Positions 51,094-63,579 of a DNA stretch of 64,000 nt are shown here, piece by piece. The translations under genes were made by a program, and so were the position numbers. Positions within the stretch are counted from its first letter, which is position 1. Every line of letters starts with the position of its first letter. This DNA is from Obrimoposthia wandeli (Eukaryota), in NCBI GenBank assembly GCA_977020255.1, contig CDROCS010000186.1, positions 62,001 through 126,000 of the forward strand, given 5' to 3'. A model generated the notes under the pieces. The model saw only the letters and a list, made by a program, of their open reading frames with translations, did no database searches and was not told the origin of the DNA.

Positions 51094-51930
51094 TGGGTGG
51101 AAATTTTAAATACATACTATAATACTTAATTTTTCTAAGGTCAATGTGAAAAGTAGGTCAAATTTTGTTATAGTACACATGATTTTTGAGGGTTAAATTC
51201 ATATTTATGTCACTTTATACTATAATACGTCTGTTTTTAGCGGATTTTACTCTAAAATTAGATGTTTTTGTTTAAATACATCAATTTTTATGCCCGCAAA
51301 TTTCAAAACATACTATAATACCTCATTTTTCTAAGGTCAATGTGAAAAGTAGCTCGCATTTTGTTATAATACACATGATTTTGAGGGTTAAATTCATATT
51401 TATATCACTTTTTACTATAATACGTCTGTTTTTTAGGTGACTTTTTCTCTGAATGTATAAGTTTTTGTTTAAACACATCAATTTCTATGCCCACAAACTT
51501 AAAAACATACTATAACACGTATATTTTTCAAGATAATTATTAATGAAGGTCACATTTTGTTATAGTACACATGATTTTGAGGGTTAAATTCATATTTATA
51601 TCACTTTATACTATAATACGTCTGTTTTTTAGGTGATTTTACTCTGAATGTATATATTTTTGTTTAAACACATCAATTTGTATGCGTGCAAATTTAAAAC
51701 ATACTATAACACGTATATTTTTTCAAGATAATTATTAATGAAGGTCACATTTTGTTATAGTACACATGATTTTGAGGCTTAAATTCATAAGTAGATCATT
51801 ATGTGTTGTATTACGTCTGTTTTACTCTAAATGTATATCTTTTTGTTTAAACACATCAATTTTTATCCACGAAAATTTAAAAACATACTATAATAAGACT
51901 ATTTTCAAGATCATTATCAGATGTGTTACT
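51059..51930. repeat. (TA)13 microsatellite followed by a ~196-bp tandem repeat (~4 copies)
   Basis: TA run at 51059-51084. TTTTGTTATAGTACACATGATTTT recurs at about 51163, 51359, 51555 and 51750. Confidence 0.9.
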
Positions 51931-52111
51931 TTTGAATCACATCACCCTATCCCTCCATATTTCACACAAAGTGAGATGTATTCTTATGTTAGAAATATTT
52001 TATTAATATCAAAAAGACAAATCAAAATATGTAATAATATAGACATAAATCAACAGATGAAGAATATAATAAAAATATGATACAAATACGATAAAAATAT
52101 ACAATAAATAA

Positions 52112-55100
52112 TCATTCATTCATAATATACTCATCCGGATGAAGATAATGACCATATGCAACTGACCGATTCTTTTCAACCCATTTTCGCTTATCATCCG
52201 CACTACACAATGCTATTTTAGATAAATGCATAGTATATAGCTGATGATTAACGGAAGTTATAAGACTTTGTTGAACACGCTCACATATACCTGTCTCATA
52301 AACAGCTAAGTAATTCTCGTGTTTTAAATTACTCTGTTTAAGATTAATACCCTTTGCTCTCATATGTGATTCATCATTGATAGTTTTTAGGCTATAACAT
52401 TTTGGACGAAGAAATATACATTCCGTATAAGTACAAATACCCTTACTTTCATCTGTAAACTTTCCTATCGCAGTGTTAGCTGTTGAATAAAGAGGGTGAT
52501 TTTTAGGATACTTAGATGTATCTAATAATCCTTCAGAAACCATTGCTGGTAGCAATTGTGCTTCTACATCCACATTTCTACATTTCAAGAAGAAACTGTC
52601 AGTATCCCCAGCAACAATTCTAATATCACAACTAAATTCCTGACGATATTTCTCAAGTTGCACGTACTGGAGCTCATACATTCGCAATTTGCTAAGATCT
52701 AGTACTGCCTGCCCTATATAACTAGGCCTATCCAAACAAATCATGTCTTTATTCAGTAAAACAGCTATTAGATCAGAATCTATTTCTATAGTGCGTTGAA
52801 ATTGCGCCTTACTACAATAAGTAACTAGTTTTTGAGACGTATTACAAATCCTTAAATTAATTCGCTTTTTCAAATTCTCAATCAATTTTCCGAATAGCGA
52901 ATTAACTTTCAGCTTATAATAATCTCGTTCAAAATCATTAGTAGCAGCAGCCCTTTTTGTTGAATTGTCTTCTATATACTTTGCAAAAACATTGGTTTGT
53001 GCAAACCGAATTGCTCTATGCAGGAAATCTATTTTAGCCCCAAGCCTCAGATACATTTGAAGCAAACGAGAATGGACAATGTAATGCTTCTTTGGATAAG
53101 GAGTTAAAAGTAATTTAGAAGTACGACTTCCAGGCGGGCAATCCTTACGTGGAGCTAAGGGAAGATCGTCAAGTTTATCATGCAATTCATTCGGAATACT
53201 TATATCTACTTCCATTAAATGAGCATAATCACTACAGCTTAGTCTTTATATGAGAGCTCATGAATTATTACTTCTAATTCCAATCGGTCAGTTACCCAGG
53301 TAAAATCTCCAACCGGTAAAAATTGGGACATAGCCCATCCATAAAGATTGTTAACATCAATATACAAAATAGTATCACCATCAGAGTTAGTAATCTTATG
53401 TTCGTTCACAAAGGTCATTCCTCCACGAATACCTTCTTCAAACAGTCGATGCATCTCAGGATCTTGAATCAATTCCACAGTAGATCCACCTGGAACCCTC
53501 GGTCTTTCTGCGCTTGACTCAGTACCCAGTAATGACTTGAAAGCGCTTGCAAATGTTAAACCTATGTAAAATTAAATAATGAAAAATAATAATAATATCT
53601 AACCTGGGATAGAGAAGAAATTGAGTGGTTCCAATCCATCATCAGCGATAGCCTTCTCTCGAAATGTTGTAAACACATCCGCAAGTAGATATACATCCAT
53701 TTTGAGATATACCAACATATAGTCCCAAAGATATTCACACCCACTCTCGTGCCAAACTTTCTCCGCCAACTCATATTGTTCACTTTTGATCTTCCTATCC
53801 CATTTTGATGGAAGGCTTGTTATTGATCGGAGAGCACTCTCTGATACCGCCATATCGTATGGAAATATCCCTTTACCATTCACAAGATGAGGTTGAAAAA
53901 CAGAATGTGTCAATGGAATGGAAACTAAGTTTTCCACGAGTTTTTCAAGACTACTATTCAAAAACTGCAATGAATCGATGAATCGAATACAAACTCCTCC
54001 AATACGCACTATCATTACTTGGAATTTTTCTGTTGATTGAGGTATAACAGAGACATTCCAGTCAGAAAAGTTGCTCAGCGCATGTTTGAGAATGTGATGG
54101 AGATCATACCCTCTCAGGTTATGAAACACCACTGGGAGAGTACGATTCACTCGTCTAGATAAATTGCACTTACTGTGAGCAGCTCCAAGGTACTTACCCA
54201 TCATATGATCATGGTCTCGTACCTTTTTAATGCATGTCTTATTACAGAGGTAACAACTAGTAGCTGATTTAAAACTAGCTATTTGCTCAGGCGTAAGTGT
54301 TTGCATAACTTCCGCTGCATGTCTCTTATACCAAGGCAAAACAACTGTCTTTACCAGCATTTCCAGCTTGGAAAGAAAATCAACAACACAAGTTTCACCA
54401 GTGAAAAGCAAGTAATATTGAGTGTATCCTGTTGCAGCAATTGGAGACATTAACATACCGGCTGCAATCGGGAGATGAATTTGATGATGAATGCCATGGG
54501 GTGGGAGAACTGATTCAAAATCCCCGTAAACAACAAATGGTGGAGAAATCGTTTTTGAAAAATCTGTGAATGAATATATTTGTCCTCCGGCATCTGGTAT
54601 AGTGTATTATGTTCCATATTCATCATACAAAGTGGTTTATGCTTCTCAAAACTTATTGCCCGTCTAAATCCATGAAGACACCATATACATCGAATTCGTG
54701 TAGAACCTTCTTCTTTGTTATAATAGATTAGAAGCCTACTAAGATTTGGAACTGCAACGTAGTGATATTTCTCTCCTTCTTCTAACAGAATCAGATTAAC
54801 TGGATTGCCGCCAGGATTGGTGGTTCGATATAATATATCAATAAAAGGATTCTTAAAAATATCCTGATCCGGAGAAGGAATGATATTGATGTGATTGTAA
54901 GTGAATACATTTATTGATAAGGATGAATTCTCTCTTTCGAAACGAGGAATATCATCTAATCTCATAGGCATATCGTTTAAAGAGTATATCAAATCTCCTA
55001 AATATGCATCATATTGTGAGACTCTATACCTATGCTGAGATATAATATCGTACTTCAGAATAGAAAGGATGCTATAGATAAAACACAAAACACCTGTATT

Positions 55101-56005
55101 CTGAACATTCACAACCGAATTGTGAAGTTCATTTGGCGTAGAAATATATGCTTTTCCTTGAAGATAATTAATTTCCGTGGTCTTAATGATAATAAAATTT
55201 ATCTCCAGGATGCGTTTGAGTTGCCAATTACTGGCATTCTGAGAATACTTTTCAATCTTAGCATTGAGAGACTCTATACCCCGACCAACGAATTCAGGTG
55301 AAAAGAAAGTAGCCTTGTTTGAAACATTCCATTGTTTCACACCACTCTCATTCTCGAACTCCACCTGGAGACCGAATTGCACCTTACAAGATGCGAATTC
55401 TTCAACTTTTACTCTTAAAGAGTCAATAAAGTGCTGCGGCACATCTAATTCAATAACATTATCGCTAGTCAAATTCAACGATAATGTCACATAAGACCCT
55501 CTTAGTCCTTTCTTTTCTCTAACAATCCCTAATCTCACACTCTTAGCCGCAGATGCACCACTAGTTGATGGCATCGCGCTTGTCGACGGGGGCATAATCC
55601 GTTTTTGTGCAGGTATTGTACTAGTTGAAGGCATAGCTGGAGGAGAAATCGGCACAGGAGTAGATATACGATCAGGATTGAATGACATTGAGACTTTATC
55701 AGCTTCGGAAGTTGATTTAACATTTTGTATTCCCTTTTGATTGAAAACTATATTCTTCTTTCCTTTAGCTCCAAAATATCCTAGATGTGATTGATGTATG
55801 GAAACAAAAGCTCCCCATTCTTCTTCAGCCGCTTCACATTGAGGACATATATAGAAAATACGTCCATAGAACTTTGTTCCAAAATACTGCTGCATCTTGG
55901 TTTGGCAAATCAAATGGTATTGATTAAAGCAAAGATTTTTGTTAATATTGCACTAAAATTATAATTAGTGAAGTAATATAAAAATAAATTACTTACATTA
56001 GTCAT
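52112..56005 (-). pseudogene. Near-complete protein-primed DNA polymerase B (copy B) with N-terminal zinc finger, endonuclease VII-like module, two predicted short introns and two frameshifts
   Basis: Motifs: VYGDFES, CYLC..VRDHDH..CNL, VFHNLRGYD, YLKMDVYLL, LYIDVNNLYG, KLKVNSLFGK and VAGDTDS. Predicted ATG at 56005 and introns at 55953-55996 and 53562-53603. Frameshifts at ~54575 and ~53230. Stop at 52112-52114. Confidence 0.92.
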
Positions 56006-56283
56006 TTTGTAATCAATTAAACACTAATAATTCTTTTGTTTATAGACGTTGTTACATTTATAGTAATTTATTGTTTATATTTCAAGTTCTTTGTTAAAAA
56101 TAACACAGTAAAACAAACATAAATTTACTATGTAACTTTTTTAAATAATAATTTTATTCCATTTTACTTATAGTAACAACAACAAAAAGTTTTATAAGCA
56201 CAATTTTTCCCATGCTCAATATATGAACAACTAATAATTGATGGGATCTGTGAAAGCCCTTTCAATGTTTTACAGAAAATTCA

Positions 56284-56660
56284 CAAGTTTCTAATTTGTT
56301 TGAAAGAACAAGGAGAGTTGGTGAACACATCTATATTAGGACATGCATGTATGTGAATATGTGCATGTTCTGATTTTGTTGATGCAATTATATGTAAGTT
56401 TCTAATTTGTTTGAAAGAACAAGTAGAGTTGGTGAACACATCTATATTAGGACATGCATGTATGTGAATATGTGCATGTTCTGATTTTGTTGATGCAATC
56501 ATATGTAAGTTTCGTATTGGATGACAAGAACAAGGAGAGTTGGTGAACACGTCTATATTAGGACATGCATGTATGTGAATATGTGCATGTTCTGATTTTG
56601 TTGATGCAATTATATGCAAGTTTCGTATTGGATGACAAGAACAAGGAGAGTTGGTGCATG
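56284..56660. repeat. 111-bp tandem repeat, ~3.4 copies
   Basis: Unit starts recur at 56284, 56395, 56506 and 56617. Confidence 0.92.
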
Positions 56661-57399
56661 TATATATTTGGACATAAATGTATGTAAAGATATATGTGTG
56701 TGTGTTCTAATTGTGCTAGTATTTGAAAACATATGCATGTTAAGAACAGTTTACATCAAGAATCGATATATCAGTATATGTGAGAATAACGTATAGTACT
56801 AATTATTCTCATGTAATTGCATAACTATTAATCTCATATCCTAATACTTATTAAAATCAATGAAAATACTTATCAGTGACAAGTCATGAATGAGAACTTG
56901 TAAATATATTGAAATCCTTTCATTCTACTGAATTCATGAATCATAAATCGACTCAATTATATCAAATCCATGATAATTAATCAAATACATCAAATATCTG
57001 TATATTCATTGTAAAACACACATACAGTTAATCAATAAATACATGTAAATATGTTAAACCCCTAGTAAAACACAACAAATATCCGATAAGACAAATACAG
57101 TAAAAATCTATGTTAATTAATAAATAAATCATATACAAAATATCCTATAAATACATTAAAATACTCTAAATCAATATCAAATCAATATTAATATATAAAA
57201 TGTATCAATAAATCATATTAAAAATATCATATAAAGTCATTAAATTTCTATTAAAAAAAATATATATATATATATTTCATGCACAAAACGTTTTTGGTGA
57301 AAATTATGTACAAGTGATTTAAAAACTTTTTAATTTTGGCGTCAAAAAATTTTAAAAATTTAAACAAAAGTTTTTTGAAAAATTAATTTTTAAACTTTT

Positions 57400-57665
57400 T
57401 GGAAAAAATAAATTTTTGAAGGTTTTGAACCCTTGAAGGTGTACCCTCGAAGGTCTAATCAAAGTCAGATCAACGCTATTATATATAACTTTGAAAAGTA
57501 GAAAAATAAAAATTTTGAAGGGTTTGAACCCTTAAAGGTCAAGCCTCGAAGGTCCAGCCAAGTTCTGGTCAAGCCTATTATATATAACTTTGAAAAGTAT
57601 AAAAATACATTTTTTGAAGGTTTTAACCCTTAAAGGTCAGACCCTTGAGGATTAACCTTCGAAGA
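57400..57665. repeat. 99-bp tandem repeat, ~2.6 copies (after a (TA)7 at 57261-57274)
   Basis: GAAGG(T/G)TTT(G)AACCCTT recurs at 57418, 57517 and 57616. Confidence 0.85.
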
Positions 57666-60449
57666 TTCATCTGCAAAGTTCAATGGGCTATCCTTTAGTT
57701 AAGACCGCATGTCAATACGACCTTTAGATAAAAAGTTATTAAAGTTTGAAAGGATGTTACTAAGAATAGAAGGAAAAATAACATGTTTAGAGGTTTTAAC
57801 CTAATTTTAACCTAACCCTATCTCTATTTACTTGTTTAACTCATAGGTTTAAAAATGTGTAATAAATAGCTTAAGATTACAAAAAACGTTTTCTACTCAC
57901 AAATAAAAGTAGAATCAATTATACAAAATAAGTCATCACTTCTCACTACTTCTACAAGTTGTTCTTTATTTATGACTTGTTTAAAGTTTTTTACTTCTAG
58001 TAGTGCTGGGTGATTTTTGATTTTATCGTTTAGTCCATATAGAAACTGATGTAGTAGTAAGCATTCTCTTAAAGATTATATAAAATCATAATTGATTATC
58101 TGATCATGATATTGACGTAGTATAAGTTTCTTGAGAAAATAACCAATTTGGTTCACTTTATTTTCTTAAAGCTCTTAAATATACAGTAATTCTTCTATTT
58201 ATTATTACTTCACACTTAACCTCAATGGTGATTTAATTGAAGTATTTAATGACTGTGTACAACTTGATGAATAGAAAAAAAATATATGAAAAACTTGAAT
58301 ATGACTTACTATATCGAAATAATAGTAAAATATTGATAATTTAAGTACAACTTTCAATAATCACCATATGTCTTTCAAGGTTTTATATAGAACTTTAAAG
58401 CTTACGATAACTGTTATAATATTGATGAATTATATCAATATTATTACTTTGGTATCAGTTTCTTAAGAAAATTATCAATTACATGTGATATAAAATCATC
58501 TTTCAATACCTGTTATGATTGTAAATTTGATATAAGATTCTTTGACATGAGGTATTTTCATCAGGTTTGTGCATAATATTGATACAATACATACATTATT
58601 GATCATTTCGGTATAACTATCTTTGCAAATAATCAATAATATATGAGGTTATGTAAAGATTTCGTCATGCAATACATGTTATTATCGTGATGATTTGTAT
58701 GCAGTCCTTTTAGAGTTGCTTGAGGAGAAAATAACCCATCTCGCTTCTAAATTTTTCTTAATATTCCGTCATACATCACAATATCTGATTAATTCCTCAA
58801 CTTTTTTAGGGTATATTTTCTCTTCTAAAATCTCCTAAATACTTCGTAATATCTTCTTCTACTTTGCATTGCTTCATGAAATGCTACATTATAAATATCA
58901 TATCAATGATGATTCAAGGCTGGCTGATGAAATGAATGTAGATAAGATGCTTGAATATTGACTTTGGAAGTAGTCTTTGGATATTAGTTAAATCTATATA
59001 ATTTCGGTATAACTTTCTTTGAGATCTTGGGTTAAGACTATTTATGATCACGAAGCATCTTCCAGATATTTCTCTGTTATGTTTGAAGTAATTGATTGAA
59101 TCCATGAATTTGAAACGATGGATGAAATTGATAAGTAATGGATAGATATGTCTCTGTAACTATTTGATTCATTCTCACTAATACTCTTAGAAATTTTCAA
59201 TATTTTTCCTTTTGAAACATATATAAATAGTAATTAATCATTTATATTCTTGAATATTGCATACGTTTTAATTACTATCTCTTCTCATATATAACAATCC
59301 GGGTATAATTTCTTCATATATCACAAGTCCAACTTTTAGAACATAATTATAAATTTTCCTATAATTCTTAATAACTTTCCTTCCCATAAACCTCTATTAT
59401 CAACCCTAATTTTTTAAAATATTAAGCAAGAGGTTGATTATATATGTCAAACAAACCAGGTATAATTCATAATTTCCTCACATATATCAATTCTTTACCA
59501 CTATTCTTCATTATTGCATCTAAATTTCAATAAAATACTTCAAACATTATCTTTAAAAAAATAGCATACCTAGCTTTGATTTTAATTGAAGGAATGTAGA
59601 AGGAATAGATAAAATGCTTAAATATTGGCTTTGGAACGATAATATTGATGACTTCGATAAAACTCTCTTTGAAAATAACTTATTTACTATGTATTAATGA
59701 AATCGTTAATTTTCATTCAATGTCTTAATATTAATTGATAAAAGTATTTTTTAATGTCTAATGAAGATAGAATCCATTTATATGAACCAAAACTATTAAT
59801 AGTAATCATAAAGATTTCACCCGATTTTTTATAAAAATATGATGACTTTATCAATACTCAGAAGTTGTTTCTTTAAGTTTTCCTTAATACCTATTGACTT
59901 ATAAGTAGCTATTTACAACATCATTGATTATTTTCAACTATAAAATCAATAATTGAGAATATGCACACTAATCGTTATTACTCAATATCTAACCTAAACC
60001 TCTAACTTCTAATACTCTAATTCTAATATTCTAATTCTAACACTAACATCATTTTCCAAAATATATGCGAAAAATTTACAAGAAGATGGTAAAAGTTTGA
60101 ATAATATCTCTGCTTTTGTAAAAATTGTCTTCGTTATGACCGAAATATGAGTAAAATACATATATTATGATTAATTTTTGGTATAACTCGCTTTGAAGCA
60201 GTATAAAGCTGAAATTCAATATGATCGCTTATATCATAATCTTAAATGAAATGACCGGAATTTTGATAAAATACGATTTCACTACAGTTTTAGAACAGTA
60301 GTCTTATTTCCCTTCTAAACCACCTAAATATCTGCTAACTCACATTAAATTTCCTTTCAAAGTCAAATATATCCTATATTTTTTCTTCTGAATCCTACTA
60401 ACCTTATATACATCGCTTTTATTTTCATTCAATCTAGCTATCTAGGCTA

Positions 60450-61300
60450 TATTTACCAAAACCTCCTAAACAACCCTGCTAAATCTTTTTTAAACCCTTC
60501 AAAGCTTTAATCTGAACCATCTAAACATCATCGTTAAATTTCTCTCTAAATTCATCTAATTTCTTCTGAAACCTCCTGAACTCCCCGTTAAATTTCCCTC
60601 TAAATTCATCTAATTTCTTCTTCTGAAACCTCTTGAACTCCATGTTAAATCTCCCTCTAAATTCCTTTAATTTCTTTTGAAACCTCCCCATATAAATTCT
60701 CCTCTGAACCAATTTAAGTTATATTTCCTCTTCTGAAACCTCTTGAAATATCCGTTAAATCCTCCTTTTATCTCCTTTAAGGTAATATTTTCTCTTCAGA
60801 AATCTCTTGAACTCCTCAGTTAAATTCTCTTTGGAACCCTTTAATTTCCCCTATGAACCAATTTTAATTTCTTTTTTCTGAAACTTCCTAAATACTCCTT
60901 TTAAATACTTCTCTAAACGCCTTTTAAGGCTATATTTTCTGATACTTCCTAAACATTCCTGCTAAATCTTTTCTAAACCCTTCAAATCTATAATATATCT
61001 TCTGAAACCTCTTGAACACTTTTTCAATTTGTCTTTTATAACCATTCTATGCATTAATATTTCTTCTATAACCTTCTAAATACCTCGTAAATTTCCTCTT
61101 CTATGTAATAAACTTCCTAAATCTCTTAAATAAATCACATCAATTTCACTTCATAATCCAATCTAGGCTATATTTTTGATACCTCCTAAAAGTATCGTTA
61201 ATTTCTCCTCTGAACTGCTACTTATCTTTAATCTTCTATGTATTAATTACTCTTCTAGAGAACCTTTTGAACAAATCGTGAGTTTCTCTTCTAAAACTCT
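60450..61300 (-). repeat. Degenerate nested repeats that could encode a K/E/F/R-rich coiled-coil
   Basis: Recurrent TTCTGAAACCTCTTGAAC and TAAATTCCTCT motifs. ORF 60521-60712 reads RFQKKLDEFRGKFNGEFRRFQKKLDEFREKFN. Confidence 0.5.
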
Positions 61301-62585
61301 ATCCATTATTTTCTATTCTTAAACCTTATAAACACCCATGTCATATCTCATCTAAATGTAACAAATCTCATGCATCTTCTTTATTTATCTTATAGAACCT
61401 TTTATGTATAATTTCTTTACTAGACCGATTTATTTGAAGTAATAAATCGACTGGTCGTTTCCAATAAGTTTCCATAATATTGATAACATCAATGAATCAA
61501 TAAGCTTGTAGAGTTTTGCAAGAATTTTCTTGTTTGATATATCGATCAATGAAAAATTATTTTTTGAGAATATAGTTATCAATAGACTCAAGTAATATGA
61601 ATAAATTATGACTGAGATAAATACATACTCTAAACATTATTGAATAAATTATATCAATAAATGATACTTGAAAATAATTTTAGGTTTAAATGAATCGAAA
61701 GAGAGAATATAATTTAATCCCTTTCTAGTCCTGATGTAATAATTTCTAAACAAAATGTTCCAATATAGTATTGATAATTTAATTAATTATTTATTACATA
61801 GATTAATTTCCTTAAATAAGCTAATCTTCAAACAATATTCTTTGAAACTAATCATTTTTTAGTAACAAAACTTTTACAGATTCTTTTACAAAAAAACTTT
61901 TAGTAGAGAACATTTTAGATTTAATGTATCATTTTGAAATTTAATAAAATTCTTAGTTAAAGATGCAGATTAATAATATACTCTTGATCGTAAATTGACT
62001 AATTGATCAAAGTAATCTCTCTAATTATCCGTATAATTGTCCGTAATAAACTCTCACATATTATTATTTTTTTTTCTCTTCAAATTATATCTTTATTACA
62101 CGAAGAAATCCTTTAAATATGTTGAAGAGAAATCCAATTAGTGCATCTACCATATAAGAAACCATGAAAACTTTATTGACGCGCTGGCACATAAGAATCG
62201 TCAGTAAATACAACTTATTTGTTCTGAAAGTAATTTTGTCCTTAAACTAAAATCAAAGAAAATTTATAGAAATATGGGTAAATTCATTGAAAAATGATCA
62301 ATTATTTGCATTATAATTTGCATTATTCTAAAAATCCTTGGTAAATGTATCTTCTAATCTAAAAATAGACTGAAAATCGAACTTTCTAATTCGAAATTTA
62401 CATTATTCAGAAAAATTACACAGTAAATTCTTTTGTCAACTAAAATCCTTATAAATGATTTAAGATTCAACTTTGCATCTTAATTTACCTTATTCTGAAA
62501 TATACACGATAAAATGTATTCTAAAATCCATAAATATAAACATAAAATGATTAAAAATCGAACTTTTTATATCCAAATTAGAATT

Positions 62586-63052
62586 TTTTTCTAAAGTGTC
62601 ATAATGTAGACGTGCAAGCTACACTGTTGTCTGCAATGATTTCAGATGGATTATTAGACACATCAAAATTTTCTATAAACCATCCTTTAGCCAATACTGC
62701 GATATGCAAGTTTAAGGACGAGAGTAAGCAATGTAGATATAAGCAATGGGTATTTTTACGCTCCAAATCATATAGCTTAGAAACTATAGACGGAAAGTTC
62801 CAGATGAGAGCAAAGGGAATTAGTGTTAAGCAGACTGTGCTACGCCATGCGAATTATTTAGCTGCATATGAGAGTGGGGTTAGTGAACGAGTGCAACAAC
62901 AACGCATTAGTTCAATTAATCACCAGCTCTATACCGTAAATATGAGTAAGATCGCATTGAGTAGCAATGACGATGAGAAAAAATGGGTAGAGAAAAACCG
63001 GTCAGTTGTCTACGGACATCATAGATATCCAGATGATTTTTCACTTGAATAA
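62586..63052 (+). pseudogene. 5'-truncated C-terminal fragment of pPolB (copy C), closest to copy B
   Basis: FFLKCHNVDVQATLL..GLLDTSK..KFKDESK..RAKGISVKQ..INHQLYT..KWVEKNRSVVYGH is collinear with 52112-52600. Confidence 0.9.
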
Positions 63053-63398
63053 TTGTTTGAATTTGTATGTCACAAATTTATTGTACCTAATTTTCTCTTT
63101 AGTTTAATAAATATTTGTATCCAATTCGTCTTTTTCTAAGTTTAAAATTTTAAAGTATAAAAGTTCTGTGTAAAATTTTAATTCTAAAGTATAAAAGTTC
63201 TGTGTAAAATTATTTTTTAAACTATAAAAATTGTTGTAAAAAATTATGTTGGAAATTTTATTTTTAAACTATAAAAATTTTGTAAACAATGGTGTATGTT
63301 AGGGTCTTAGGTATGACACGGGTCGTTTACATGTGTAGTTGTGAGAGGTAAAGTGATACTGTAGCGCATGTTTTTGAGGTTATTTTCGCGAGAATGGA

Positions 63399-63506
63399 GC
63401 CCGCCCCTAAGGGGCGGGCGGTGGGTGGAGTGTTTCGGTGGTGTTTTTGTGGTGTGGTGTGGTGTGGTGTGGTGTAAAGAATAGAACCCGCCCCGAAGGG
63501 GCGGGT
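63399..63506. other. Two perfect GC hairpins with 3-nt loops flanking a (GTGGT)n tract
   Basis: GCCCGCCCC-TAA-GGGGCGGGC (63399-63419) and ACCCGCCCC-GAA-GGGGCGGGT (63486-63506). Confidence 0.9.
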
Positions 63507-63579
63507 GGTTGTCGGTGGGTGTTTCCATCCAACACCCATCGACTTTCACCCATCACCCGAGGTAGTCAGTGATATACAC

